Made by a program: the position numbers and the translations under genes
Shown here: one piece after another, positions 46,795-56,624 of the stretch
Position numbering within the stretch: position 1 is the first letter of the stretch
How the letters are laid out: every line of letters begins with the position of its first letter
DNA from: a virus
Lineage: Duplodnaviria; Heunggongvirae; Uroviricota; Caudoviricetes
Length of the DNA stretch: 64,000 nucleotides
Reading direction: 5' to 3' (one strand)
IMG/VR virus record: IMGVR_UViG_3300028887_000068
Span: 1 to 64,000 of that record
Notes under the pieces: model-generated
Database searches by the model: none
What the model was told of the DNA's origin: nothing
Seen by the model: the letters and a program-made list of their open reading frames with translations, nothing else

Positions 46795-47451
46795 ATGCTT
46801 GGTGAACGCAGAAGTGCAGGAATTATAGATACTGATCGCAGGATCCAGTATACGAAACAAAAGGATGTGTTTCCTTATGAAAGACTTCCGGCAGAAGCTG
46901 TTAAAGACATTTATTTTTATGGGGAGACTCCTGAAAGCTTTAGTTCTGTCATACCTGTTCCCGTTAGTGGTAGTACTGATGGAAGCTCTAGTTCTGATGT
47001 TCCTACTCCCGCAGTAGATGATACACCACACTTCATTGCTATCAAATGTATCGCTAACGATCGTAAAAAGCTTAACAAGTTTTACGTTCCTAGATTTGTA
47101 AATGCCGTTAACGAGTATCTTGCTGCTAGAGAAGCTGATATCCGTATCATGGCAGACTGTCAAATGGGATTCATCTACAGATGCAAGATCATTCGTATCG
47201 TTGACGAGAACGACAAAAAGAAATTTGAAGTGGACAAGGAAGGGATGCTCACGCTTCTTCAGGAGTATCAGAATGACTCTTATACAGGAAGAGCATACGA
47301 TCCTATCGCTAATGCTTCTCTCGAACCTTCTGTTATCGCTAGAATCGAAGTTCCCTATGGGCATTATCTTGGGTTCTTCATTCCGGAACAGAAACTTGTA
47401 GACATCTACCCTGAGCTCATTGAGAAGGGTGTGTTCGAGATTGCCGAATAA
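46795..47451 (+). CDS. hypothetical protein
   Basis: GGAGA lies 6 nt upstream of the ATG at 46795. Confidence 0.55.
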   Translation: MLGERRSAGIIDTDRRIQYTKQKDVFPYERLPAEAVKDIYFYGETPESFSSVIPVPVSGSTDGSSSSDVPTPAVDDTPHFIAIKCIANDRKKLNKFYVPRFVNAVNEYLAAREADIRIMADCQMGFIYRCKIIRIVDENDKKKFEVDKEGMLTLLQEYQNDSYTGRAYDPIANASLEPSVIARIEVPYGHYLGFFIPEQKLVDIYPELIEKGVFEIAE

Positions 47452-47527
47452 TTGATATCCAGTATGGGAAACCATACTGGAATTTTATCAAAACTCTATC
47501 ATTGAATATTTTAGAAAAGGAGACCTT

Positions 47528-50500
47528 ATGAGTCGCTTTATATTAAAGCCCTTGAAGTGGATCTGGACGGACGAAGTTGGTACTCCGTATGACCCTCCGG
47601 TTAATGGCAATACCGCGAGAATCTTGGATCCTGCTCTCCCGCGTGTCGGAGAAATCTTTATGGACAAGCAGGGTGTTCTTTATACGCATGTTATCAAAAA
47701 CCTAAACCACGAATATGTTAAATGTGGTGGTTCCGGTAATGGTGCTTCCTTGGACGGAGAAGTACTGAAGGCAAGAACACCTCTCAACCGCAATGGACAG
47801 ATTAAGAGCGATTCCACTATCGTCGATGTTACTTCCCTTGATAACGTGTATGTAGCGGCTCTTATCTCCGAAAGTGGTACGAAGAAGGTTCTTCTCGGCG
47901 ACTTCAATGATGTTCTTAATAATCGTTCTGATGTCTTCATTGAAGCATGTACGGTTGAAAGTGATGCAACACGTGTCTTCATTACGAGATCTGCCTTTGG
48001 TATTGTTATTCTCGTTTTCGGTGCTACAAGTGGACTGAAGCTTTATGCGCTTAATTCTGCGGCTGGTGCTACTGGCGAGCGTTATATCGAGAAGAGCATC
48101 GATCTTCCGAGCGGTGTCACATTTACTAGTATTCTTCAGATCTCTGAAGAAGGTCATTTCCTTGCTGCATGTGGTCTCACGAGTCCGTATGTATTCTTGG
48201 TTGATCTTAGCAACCCCGACAATATCTTTACCGAGACTCGTATTACTGGTAATGTAACCTTCGCAAAGACAATCTCTAAAGTGAAGCAAAGCTTCTGTCC
48301 TTTTGTTAAGGAGAATGAAAAGGTCTTCTATTACGCAAAGGATGCGAACGGCTCACTGCTGAAGATTGTTTATAGCAACGGCACACTTGTCTCTCTGGTT
48401 CCAGTTAGTAATATCGACTTTGATGACGGTTTTGAAGTCGGAACCAAGTTCTTTGTCCATAAGACAGCTAGTAATGTAGCTCTGTTTGATGGCAATGAAA
48501 GTAAAGCTCTTGGTTTTAATGTTAACCTTGGAACCGTCATTGATGATATTGACTATCAGGCTTCTAACAAGCGTGATGGCGAAATAGAAAACAATGCTTC
48601 GTTTACTGCTATCAGAAGTATTGGCACCGCTAATACCGACTGTGTGTTTGCTTCTTTCTTCAATGATCTTAGCAACGTACCGGGAAACGAAGACAAAAAT
48701 GCTTATATTGAGCATGTTGCTAGTTTGACCGGGCTTACCAAAGATATCATCTATCTTGGTCATGGTTTCGTAGCATCTGTCAATGACGCTAAGGCTTATT
48801 CTTTCAATATCGGCTTCATTGAGGCATTCAAGCACATTGAAGCAGCAGAAGTCTCTAGCCGTTTTACGAGTGTTGTATCTACGGATAAAGCGCGCAAAAC
48901 GGTAATGAATCCATCTGCCAATGATGCTGGAGACGGAAAATTCATTGATAACAAGTCTACTTTCAGTAACACGGAAGTGGGAGAAGAAGTTCGTGCTAAC
49001 TCTGCTAAGTCTTACCTGCATAGCAATGAAAATGGCACGTCGTCTATTGAATCTATCGTAGACTCTTCGTCGTCGAGTCCTTATGCCAAGCATGAAATCA
49101 AAAGGGGCGAGAGCAGCAAAGTCACGTCCGTAGTAGACACGAACAGTGCATCCATCCGCGAAGGTACTGGAAACAGCAAGTACTTTGAGGTGAAGAGCGA
49201 TGCTAATGGCCAGAATGCTAAGATGGTAAACGGCAGTACCGAAATTCATCTTAGAGAAGAAAGACAAGACTCTTCTATTATCGAAGCTGTCGGCAATGGT
49301 TGGGATACCGTGTTTGGTTCTGTTGCTACTACAGAGGAAGCTAAGAGCTATCTTGGTTCCGGTGCTGATTCTGGTACGCAGTCTTACACGTATGATGACA
49401 CGAGTTTCTCGTATAAGCATAGAAGCGATCCAGTTTACGTAGAACAAACAGCTGTGGTAAGCAGCAATAAGCGAAAAGCCGGGGCTGTTTATAACGCTGT
49501 CGGATCTGGAAATCCGAATAACGAAAGTGTGGTTTCTATCGATGCTAGCGGTGGTACTGGCAGTAATTTCTATGCAAAGAATACTGTCAGGACTAAAGTT
49601 GCCAACGGCTACGAGAGTATCATTACTAATGAAGCCACCGGAACGGGCAATACCGCTGCAACAAAGCATTCTCTTATTAATACCTCGAACGTAGAGGTAT
49701 CCACTGTAAAAGAAGAAGTTAAGGCGACAGAATCCGTTGTAGAAACACGTCATGTCTACACCTATAGTGGAAATACCAGAATACCAGTAGCAAGAATGAG
49801 AAGCACCAATAATCTTGGTGTAATGGAGATTATTCCTAACGAGACTGGCACTTCTGCTGATAACTTCGATAAGAGCATTCTCCAAGTCGAATCTGGCAAG
49901 AGCTTGTTCTGGCAGAGATGCAGAAATACCGACGGCGATGCTTCGTTATCCTTTAAGTCTGATGTCAACGCTACGGAAAATGGCGGATTTGTTGATACCT
50001 CTCTTAGAGAAGGCAACACAGACTCTCATGCTGTGGATATGCGCATTGACTTTACTGGAAATGAGTATGACACAGAAAGATCCCGCTTCAGAACAAGAAC
50101 CATCGGTAATACTAGCGGTGCTTACGTCAATATCGAGACGAGAAACAAAACCGATAGTCTGCATGATTACGCCTATGCGAATATCGAGCTCGAAGCATAT
50201 GGCACAACAAGTCCTCTTGGAACTATCGGCTATACGAACATCGGAGCGGACAAGACAGTCATTCAGGACTCCAAGGATAGTTATGACTTCCGCACGGTTC
50301 TTTACAAGAAAGGATTGAATGCGGTAAATACGTCTTACTCCAGAAGCGGAACGCTCTTGATAGTGGAGAACAATGAAGAGTACTCTTCCGGTGAGACGAA
50401 TTACGATCCGTTAATCCTTACGAGACGCTTCCTTGATTCTGGATCTGCTAGTAATAGAACCTATAGAAACTACGACTTTGGTGTTGAAAGAAGACCAATG

Positions 50501-51844
50501 ATTATCACCAATAACAGCGAAAGTTTCTATCATAGCGATAACGACTTTGTTGCTTACATAAGCAAACAGAACCTCAGCTTATATGACAAATTCGCTGACC
50601 GTTATTCCGGTTTCAATGACGAAGGTTTTGCCACCTACAGCTTCGATGGTACTAATCTCGGAAATACCAGACACGATATTCTTGCTTCAATGCTCTTACC
50701 TAGCGGTCTGTTCTTGATGACGAGAAAAGACTCTGGTACGGAAGTAAGAGAACGTGTCGCAATTACAAGCAACGGTATCGTAAAGTACAATGTAGACCAA
50801 TCGCATCCGTTTAAGAATATCATCGCTGCTGGTCATAGTGACTTCACGAAGACAGACTTCGATGATCCTAGCTTAAGCGTCGTCGACAAGGGAGAATGGA
50901 GTGATGTGATTAACTCCTCGAAACTTGTCAAGGGCTGTGATGCACAAGGCAATTGCGGTAGCAATACGAAATTTGTCTATGTTGAAGGTCATGAGCTCAA
51001 GGCTCATACAGGCAAGATAGGAAATGAGTATAGTGGCTCCATGCACATCAACTCTAACGGAGAATTTGCCACTAATGAAACGTCTGTCGACGTTGTCGTT
51101 TCTGTGAATCTAGACCGTAGTTCTGCCGTTGAAATGCCATTGTATGATCCTAGAGATTCGTCCCAAACTACCTACGGGTCTTGCTATCTTCTCGATGCCG
51201 AGATCTTCTACAATGGTATTTCTATGGGCAAATGCCGTATCCCGAGCTTCAATGGTGATAACGCTAACAAGTTGCGCTACTATCCTTCGGGAGCTAAGTG
51301 TCCTGCTGGCTTAACACAGCTTGACGGCTCTGGAGACAATCCTATAGGTAACTATAAGGATATGTTCTACAAGCTAGCTCGCCTTGGCTCAAGACTTAAG
51401 GTGTACTGCTACGGTACTGCTCTTATGCCTTGGACGGTTCTGTGGTTCCCGACTCTGGATTCCAATATGACCTATATCGGCATGTCGCCAGAATATAACC
51501 TCGAGATGGAAATAGTTTCTTGGTCAGTTCCGGTTAGCGTTGTCTTTGGCCTGAACGATACTCATGTGGATAATCAGCCGGGAGAAGTACAGTTGAACAG
51601 AAGTACATGGCATTATTTCAATGATGCTAGAATTCTGCCTCTTGTCGCTCTCAACGATAATGCTTATCAAGCTATCTACAGCTACAATATGCGTATGCAC
51701 ATTGCTGTACAGAATCGTGTCTCACAGAATATCGGTGTAGTCCTGAATGGCGATATATTCTTCTATGGTGCTACGCCTACTGGAGTATCCCGCAGTGTGT
51801 TGATGAACCTGCCTAGTGCCGGAACAGCATATCCGTTCTCTTAG
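47528..51844 (+). CDS. giant beta-rich protein (1438 aa), tail fiber / tailspike-like
   Basis: AAAGGAGA precedes the ATG. Composition is dominated by S/T/N/G/Y/D, as in phage fibers or receptor-binding proteins. No enzymatic motif was recognised. Confidence 0.6.
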   Translation: MSRFILKPLKWIWTDEVGTPYDPPVNGNTARILDPALPRVGEIFMDKQGVLYTHVIKNLNHEYVKCGGSGNGASLDGEVLKARTPLNRNGQIKSDSTIVDVTSLDNVYVAALISESGTKKVLLGDFNDVLNNRSDVFIEACTVESDATRVFITRSAFGIVILVFGATSGLKLYALNSAAGATGERYIEKSIDLPSGVTFTSILQISEEGHFLAACGLTSPYVFLVDLSNPDNIFTETRITGNVTFAKTISKVKQSFCPFVKENEKVFYYAKDANGSLLKIVYSNGTLVSLVPVSNIDFDDGFEVGTKFFVHKTASNVALFDGNESKALGFNVNLGTVIDDIDYQASNKRDGEIENNASFTAIRSIGTANTDCVFASFFNDLSNVPGNEDKNAYIEHVASLTGLTKDIIYLGHGFVASVNDAKAYSFNIGFIEAFKHIEAAEVSSRFTSVVSTDKARKTVMNPSANDAGDGKFIDNKSTFSNTEVGEEVRANSAKSYLHSNENGTSSIESIVDSSSSSPYAKHEIKRGESSKVTSVVDTNSASIREGTGNSKYFEVKSDANGQNAKMVNGSTEIHLREERQDSSIIEAVGNGWDTVFGSVATTEEAKSYLGSGADSGTQSYTYDDTSFSYKHRSDPVYVEQTAVVSSNKRKAGAVYNAVGSGNPNNESVVSIDASGGTGSNFYAKNTVRTKVANGYESIITNEATGTGNTAATKHSLINTSNVEVSTVKEEVKATESVVETRHVYTYSGNTRIPVARMRSTNNLGVMEIIPNETGTSADNFDKSILQVESGKSLFWQRCRNTDGDASLSFKSDVNATENGGFVDTSLREGNTDSHAVDMRIDFTGNEYDTERSRFRTRTIGNTSGAYVNIETRNKTDSLHDYAYANIELEAYGTTSPLGTIGYTNIGADKTVIQDSKDSYDFRTVLYKKGLNAVNTSYSRSGTLLIVENNEEYSSGETNYDPLILTRRFLDSGSASNRTYRNYDFGVERRPMIITNNSESFYHSDNDFVAYISKQNLSLYDKFADRYSGFNDEGFATYSFDGTNLGNTRHDILASMLLPSGLFLMTRKDSGTEVRERVAITSNGIVKYNVDQSHPFKNIIAAGHSDFTKTDFDDPSLSVVDKGEWSDVINSSKLVKGCDAQGNCGSNTKFVYVEGHELKAHTGKIGNEYSGSMHINSNGEFATNETSVDVVVSVNLDRSSAVEMPLYDPRDSSQTTYGSCYLLDAEIFYNGISMGKCRIPSFNGDNANKLRYYPSGAKCPAGLTQLDGSGDNPIGNYKDMFYKLARLGSRLKVYCYGTALMPWTVLWFPTLDSNMTYIGMSPEYNLEMEIVSWSVPVSVVFGLNDTHVDNQPGEVQLNRSTWHYFNDARILPLVALNDNAYQAIYSYNMRMHIAVQNRVSQNIGVVLNGDIFFYGATPTGVSRSVLMNLPSAGTAYPFS

Positions 51845-51857
51845 AGTATAAATACAA

Positions 51858-51925
51858 CCTCTTGCATCTAATGGTGCAAGGGGGAGTATTTTATAAAGGT
51901 GGATCCAAGATCCACCTTTTATTTT
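51858..51925 (+). terminator. tandem terminator hairpins
   Basis: ccttgcatctaatggtgcaagg, then aggtggatccaagatccacct followed by tttatttt. Confidence 0.6.
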
Positions 51926-51961
51926 ATGGAACTCCCTATTAGAACTAAACAAGGATCTAAC

Positions 51962-54900
51962 ATGAGAGCAAAGTATGATTTCCTGAAGCCGTACAAATCC
52001 TACAAGAATCTCACTATCGAATTCGCCACGAAGCGTAAACAGTATGAGAACAGTGTGATTGTGTACACGGAAAGCCTTGAGAATATGATACAGCTGATGA
52101 ACCGCCGTATCTTTGATCCTCAGCACATCTGGGCTTTCTACATGGACAAATTTATTGATAAGATTGTCTTCAAGAAAACCATTCAGACGGAAAGACTGTC
52201 TATCTACGACCAAGTTAAAGAAAAGACTGGCGTAGCCCTGACACCGCTAAACACTGGTGTACTCAGATTGAAGAATACCTACTTCTCTGCATATCAGGAA
52301 CTCAACCGTTTGTTTGAGATTCCGGGATCTGCTAAGAACAAAATGGCATACATCCATAACTTCGCCGCTGCAAACGCAGTGGTTATGAGACGTGGCTCTG
52401 AAGCTATATACAAGGATCAGTATGTGATTCTTGATGGTAGTATCTTTGGCAAGGAATTCGGTGACAACGAATCTGTCAATATCAGAGGTCTCTGCGTGGG
52501 TTCTCTCTTCTATCTGGCTGCCAAGGAAGCAATCACTAAGAACAATCCGGCTCTCTGGCCTCTTCATGGAAAGAAGTGTATCCTTGTTGAACCGAATACT
52601 GGGTTGATGTTTATCATTCCGCCATCTTTGGAGAAGCTTACTCTAGCCAGATTCAGATGGATGCTTAACCTCTGTCACAAGGGTGCAACTGCTCAGAAGA
52701 TTACCGAAGAAGACATGGCAGAACCGACAGAAGGAGAACCGCTGAAAGCTCCGAAGGCAGTAACGGATCTCTTCTTGGTCGAAAGAGCTGTTAGCGGAAA
52801 GAATAATACTTTCCCTTCTGGAGCAAAGCTCTATACGACTACAGCCGAAGCCATTGAAGCATACATCAAGGCTACATACCCGGATGCCGCTTGTAACCCG
52901 GTCGAAGATGCTATCGTCTTTACTGGCGACACTCAGTCTGCTGATGCTATCAAGGCTATGATGAACAAGTCATTGTCTCTCTACCGTATCAAAGCTACAG
53001 ATGAGACGATGAAGACAATCACGAAGCTCTCTGGCTACTATAAGAGCAAGTCTAGTATCCAGCTCGAACAGTATAAGAATATCGCCATCAAGAAGAGTGG
53101 TGATACTGTCAACGGTGTTAAGATTTACATTGACCTTTCATCTGAGAATCCGGCTATCGCCGAAAAGAAAGATGAAGTGATCAAGAGTATTCCGGGTATG
53201 AATAACTCTGTTCCGCTTACGAGCGAACAGAAGGAACTCGTTTATACCATTAAAGACCGTGTTGACGAAATCAGTGCCGAAGCCAAGGGCAAGACTTTCG
53301 ATGAACTGATGAAGATGGTTAATGAAGATGAGAAGCTTAACAATCTGAAAACAGAATTGAAGGCTAACCGTCTTCAGGAAGTCCAGAACATTCGTAAATC
53401 CGAAGCTGTAACTCAGCTTGAAGAAAAGCAGGAAGAAGCTGTACTCGTCATCAATGGTAAGTCTATTCCTTTGAAAGAAAAGCTGAAGGAACTCGAAGAC
53501 TCTAATCTTGAACCGGAGCATTTTGAAACCACAGCTGTAAACAAAGAAGTGAACAGTGCTGTCGTTCCGGCTCTCCGTAAGGCATACCGCAAGGACTTGT
53601 ACGATTACGACCAGTATCGTATCTTTACATCTTTCTCTGATTCTTCTGAATTCCCGATCTTCGTTAACTCCATCACTAAGGAAGACTCCTCCGATGCTTA
53701 CAATGCTAAGGAGACCCTCAACATCAAATTTAGCATTGCAGGTGGTGCTCCGAAGTCTCTTATCGTGGATGTTCCGAAGGTTGACCAAGACGGATTCCTC
53801 TATCTTCAGGGTAACCGTAGACAGATCACCAACCAGATTACTCTTATGCCGATCGTTAAGGTATGGCAATCTGGTGATCCGGTTGTACAATACTCTACAT
53901 CCTACAACAAGATCTTTATCTCTAGATCTACGCAGACATTCAACCGTAGGCTAGCTTCTCTGAGAAAGGGTATCGGTAAGCTGAAGGAAGACCGTAATCT
54001 GAATAAGGACGGAGCAGTAATCGTTCCGGGTAGGGGCTATCGTAAGAAGTTCCCGAAGAGACTCAATCTTGAATACGAAGAATTGGGCAAGTTCCTCTCA
54101 GCTTACAAGATTGGCGATCTTGATATCGACTTTGACCCGAAGCGTTGTTTTGAAACTGTTGAGAAGCTCGACAAGGAACTCATTGCAGAATACGCTCCTG
54201 AAGGCAAGTTTAACTATATCGGTAAGCTGAAGGGTAAACCTCTCTTTGCAGCTGTTACTGGCGAAGTTGTTACGCTTGATAAAGACGGTATCACTGAAGT
54301 TGCTAAATCTATCTGCGCATTGATCAATGAATGCTCGAAGGTCTCCAAGACTATTTCTGAAACCCTTGAGAACAACAAGTACACGGGTAATAGCCTCATG
54401 TTTACGAAGCTGGAAGTGGCTAATGCTTACATTCCGCTTATTGTGTTCTTGGGCTATAAGGAAGGCATTGAAAAGATCTTTGATACATACGGAGTAGACT
54501 ACAAGTTCCTTCCGATTGAAAAGGGAATGGACAGACCCGCTGCAAGCGAAGATTATCCCGAAGCCATTAAATTCCGTAATGGTTATCTCGTGTTCAAGGA
54601 TGATAATCCGGTTCACGGATTGCTTTATAACGGTCTCCATCAGCTTGAGACCCAGAAGCATAACCTTGAAGACTATAAGGCAGGTGGACAAGGATTCGTT
54701 GATTACTTTGCAGACAAGCTCACACCGAGATATGGCAGAGCCTTGGATAACTTCTATGTGCTCTTCATCGACCCAATTACGAAGGACATCCTCCGTGATA
54801 AGGGAATCCCCAATAACCTCGTTGGAAGCTTCCTGTATTGTAACGATCTTCTTATCGACTCTGCGTTCTCTAGACGCTATGACATTAATATCTACCGTAT

Positions 54901-56542
54901 CCGTAACACCGAATGTATCAATGCCATGCTCTACAAGATTGTGGCTAGAGAAATCGAATCCTACCGTAGAACGGGAACGGGTACTGGCGGTGCTTTCAAG
55001 ATTAAGCGCAATGCTTTGATGGAAGAAATCAATGAGACTGCTAACTTTGAAGACTCTACCTTGATCAATCCGATTAAGGACTGTGAGAACATGGCAAAGT
55101 CCATCTTCAAAGGCCCCGGTGCTCCAGACTATCAACATGCCCAAGGCACTGAAGAACACCGTTTCTTCGATATCAGCATGACTGGTATTTATGGCTACTC
55201 TTCTTCTTATGACGGTAATGCTGGCATGAACAAGAAGCTGTCCATGAATTCCTCCATCGTGTCTAAGCGTGGTTACTTGAAGCAGGTTGACCCGAACAAG
55301 ATTGATGCTACGGCGATCTACAGTACTGGTGAACTTGCTGCATCCTTCACTTGTCGTCATGCCGACCCGGCTCGTTCTATGATGTGCGTGCTTCAGACTG
55401 GCCATATGATTCCGTCTGTAGGTATGAGCCAACCGCTTGTATCTTCCGGCGTGTTCAAGGCTATTCCGAACATTGTATCGCAGGACTACTGCTTTAAGGC
55501 TCCGTGTGCAGGTGTAGTCAAGGGTTTTGATTCCAAGCTCAAGAATCTCTTGAAGCTCGAATACACCGATGGCACTAAGGGCATCATTGACATGACTCCG
55601 AGATACTGCCGTACTCCATCTGGCTTCTTTGTCCATATTGAATACGCATTGAAGCATGGAGTAAAGGCTGGATACAAGTTTACTGAGAATGAAGTGTTAG
55701 CCTTTGACAAGCACTTCTTCAAGGACGACCCGGCTGAAGGTATCGAAATGTACAAGGGTGTGCTCGCTAGAGTAGCAGCATGTGGTCTTGACCAGACATA
55801 CGAAGATGCTTCTGTCATTAGCCAGAACCTGTCTGAAAAGCTCGCTTCTGAAGTGATCGAACAATCTGCTCTTGGTTTGACGGCTGACAGTAACCTTATC
55901 TCCATCAAGAAAGTGGGCGACAAGGTGAAGGTTGGCGAACCGCTTGCTATCTTTGAAAGCAGCCTTGAAAGCAAGGAAATCTCTTCGTTGCTCTCCAAAC
56001 TTGATACGGATACCAAGTCAGCATTGGAAGCTAACGCTAGAAACTCCAAGCTTTCTAAGTACGAAGGTACAATCGTTGACATTGAAGTATTCTACGATAA
56101 GCCGATCGAAGAGTACAGTGAGAGCCTCCAGAAGCTCATTAAGTCCTACATTAAGGATGTGGAAGCCACGAACAAGGCTTACTCTGAAGTAAGGTCTGAC
56201 CAACTTGTCAGACGCAAGGATACAGAGATTGCAAAATACAGCAAGGCAAAGGGCGTTCCGTTTGAGGGCGTTATGATTAACTTCTATATCTCGCATCTTC
56301 TTGACTACTCTTGCGGTGATAAGATCACTTATGACGTTGCACTTAAGAGCATCGTGAGCCGAATCATTCCACAGAATGAAACTCCAATTTCCGAATACAG
56401 ACCGGACAAGCCGATTGATGCTTGCACTAGCCCGTATGGTATCGTCAACCGTAAGGTTCCTGACGTGTTCTATCTTGGCTATACGAATAAAGCACTAATT
56501 GGCCTCAAGGAACGTGTTGAGGAGATCTGGAATGGCAAATAG
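51962..56542 (+). CDS. giant protein (about 1526 aa) with RNAP-beta-like hybrid-barrel motifs, function unknown
   Basis: AAGGAT lies 6 nt upstream of the ATG at 51962. The ORF-track start at 51899 lies inside the terminator hairpin. VGDKVKVGEPLAIFES and YEGTIVDIEVFYDKP resemble the sandwich-barrel hybrid motifs of bacterial RpoB (GDILVGKVTPKGE / VSGTVIDVQVFTRDG). Confidence 0.6.
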   Translation: MRAKYDFLKPYKSYKNLTIEFATKRKQYENSVIVYTESLENMIQLMNRRIFDPQHIWAFYMDKFIDKIVFKKTIQTERLSIYDQVKEKTGVALTPLNTGVLRLKNTYFSAYQELNRLFEIPGSAKNKMAYIHNFAAANAVVMRRGSEAIYKDQYVILDGSIFGKEFGDNESVNIRGLCVGSLFYLAAKEAITKNNPALWPLHGKKCILVEPNTGLMFIIPPSLEKLTLARFRWMLNLCHKGATAQKITEEDMAEPTEGEPLKAPKAVTDLFLVERAVSGKNNTFPSGAKLYTTTAEAIEAYIKATYPDAACNPVEDAIVFTGDTQSADAIKAMMNKSLSLYRIKATDETMKTITKLSGYYKSKSSIQLEQYKNIAIKKSGDTVNGVKIYIDLSSENPAIAEKKDEVIKSIPGMNNSVPLTSEQKELVYTIKDRVDEISAEAKGKTFDELMKMVNEDEKLNNLKTELKANRLQEVQNIRKSEAVTQLEEKQEEAVLVINGKSIPLKEKLKELEDSNLEPEHFETTAVNKEVNSAVVPALRKAYRKDLYDYDQYRIFTSFSDSSEFPIFVNSITKEDSSDAYNAKETLNIKFSIAGGAPKSLIVDVPKVDQDGFLYLQGNRRQITNQITLMPIVKVWQSGDPVVQYSTSYNKIFISRSTQTFNRRLASLRKGIGKLKEDRNLNKDGAVIVPGRGYRKKFPKRLNLEYEELGKFLSAYKIGDLDIDFDPKRCFETVEKLDKELIAEYAPEGKFNYIGKLKGKPLFAAVTGEVVTLDKDGITEVAKSICALINECSKVSKTISETLENNKYTGNSLMFTKLEVANAYIPLIVFLGYKEGIEKIFDTYGVDYKFLPIEKGMDRPAASEDYPEAIKFRNGYLVFKDDNPVHGLLYNGLHQLETQKHNLEDYKAGGQGFVDYFADKLTPRYGRALDNFYVLFIDPITKDILRDKGIPNNLVGSFLYCNDLLIDSAFSRRYDINIYRIRNTECINAMLYKIVAREIESYRRTGTGTGGAFKIKRNALMEEINETANFEDSTLINPIKDCENMAKSIFKGPGAPDYQHAQGTEEHRFFDISMTGIYGYSSSYDGNAGMNKKLSMNSSIVSKRGYLKQVDPNKIDATAIYSTGELAASFTCRHADPARSMMCVLQTGHMIPSVGMSQPLVSSGVFKAIPNIVSQDYCFKAPCAGVVKGFDSKLKNLLKLEYTDGTKGIIDMTPRYCRTPSGFFVHIEYALKHGVKAGYKFTENEVLAFDKHFFKDDPAEGIEMYKGVLARVAACGLDQTYEDASVISQNLSEKLASEVIEQSALGLTADSNLISIKKVGDKVKVGEPLAIFESSLESKEISSLLSKLDTDTKSALEANARNSKLSKYEGTIVDIEVFYDKPIEEYSESLQKLIKSYIKDVEATNKAYSEVRSDQLVRRKDTEIAKYSKAKGVPFEGVMINFYISHLLDYSCGDKITYDVALKSIVSRIIPQNETPISEYRPDKPIDACTSPYGIVNRKVPDVFYLGYTNKALIGLKERVEEIWNGK

Positions 56543-56544
56543 CC

Positions 56545-56580
56545 GAATAGGGAGAACATCGTTCTCCCTATTTTTATTCA
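56545..56580 (+). terminator. rho-independent terminator
   Basis: tagggagaacatcgttctcccta hairpin followed by tttttatt. Confidence 0.7.
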
Positions 56581-56624
56581 AAACTAAAGATTGATTAAAC
56601 TTTAACTCACGTCGGGGGTATACC

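Noticed and set aside
51851-51866. 16-mer aaatacaacctcttgc repeated at 63255-63270
   Set aside because: A single exact 16-mer repeat is within chance expectation for a 64-kb AT-biased window (about one expected). Its hairpin partners differ at the two sites. It is probably coincidental terminator-like sequence.
54110-54135. DLDIDFD in the 1547-aa protein and NIDFDDG in the 1438-aa protein as possible RNAP catalytic DFDGD motifs
   Set aside because: Neither reproduces the invariant D-x-D-G-D spacing. The 1438-aa protein is otherwise fibre-like. It is not used as evidence.
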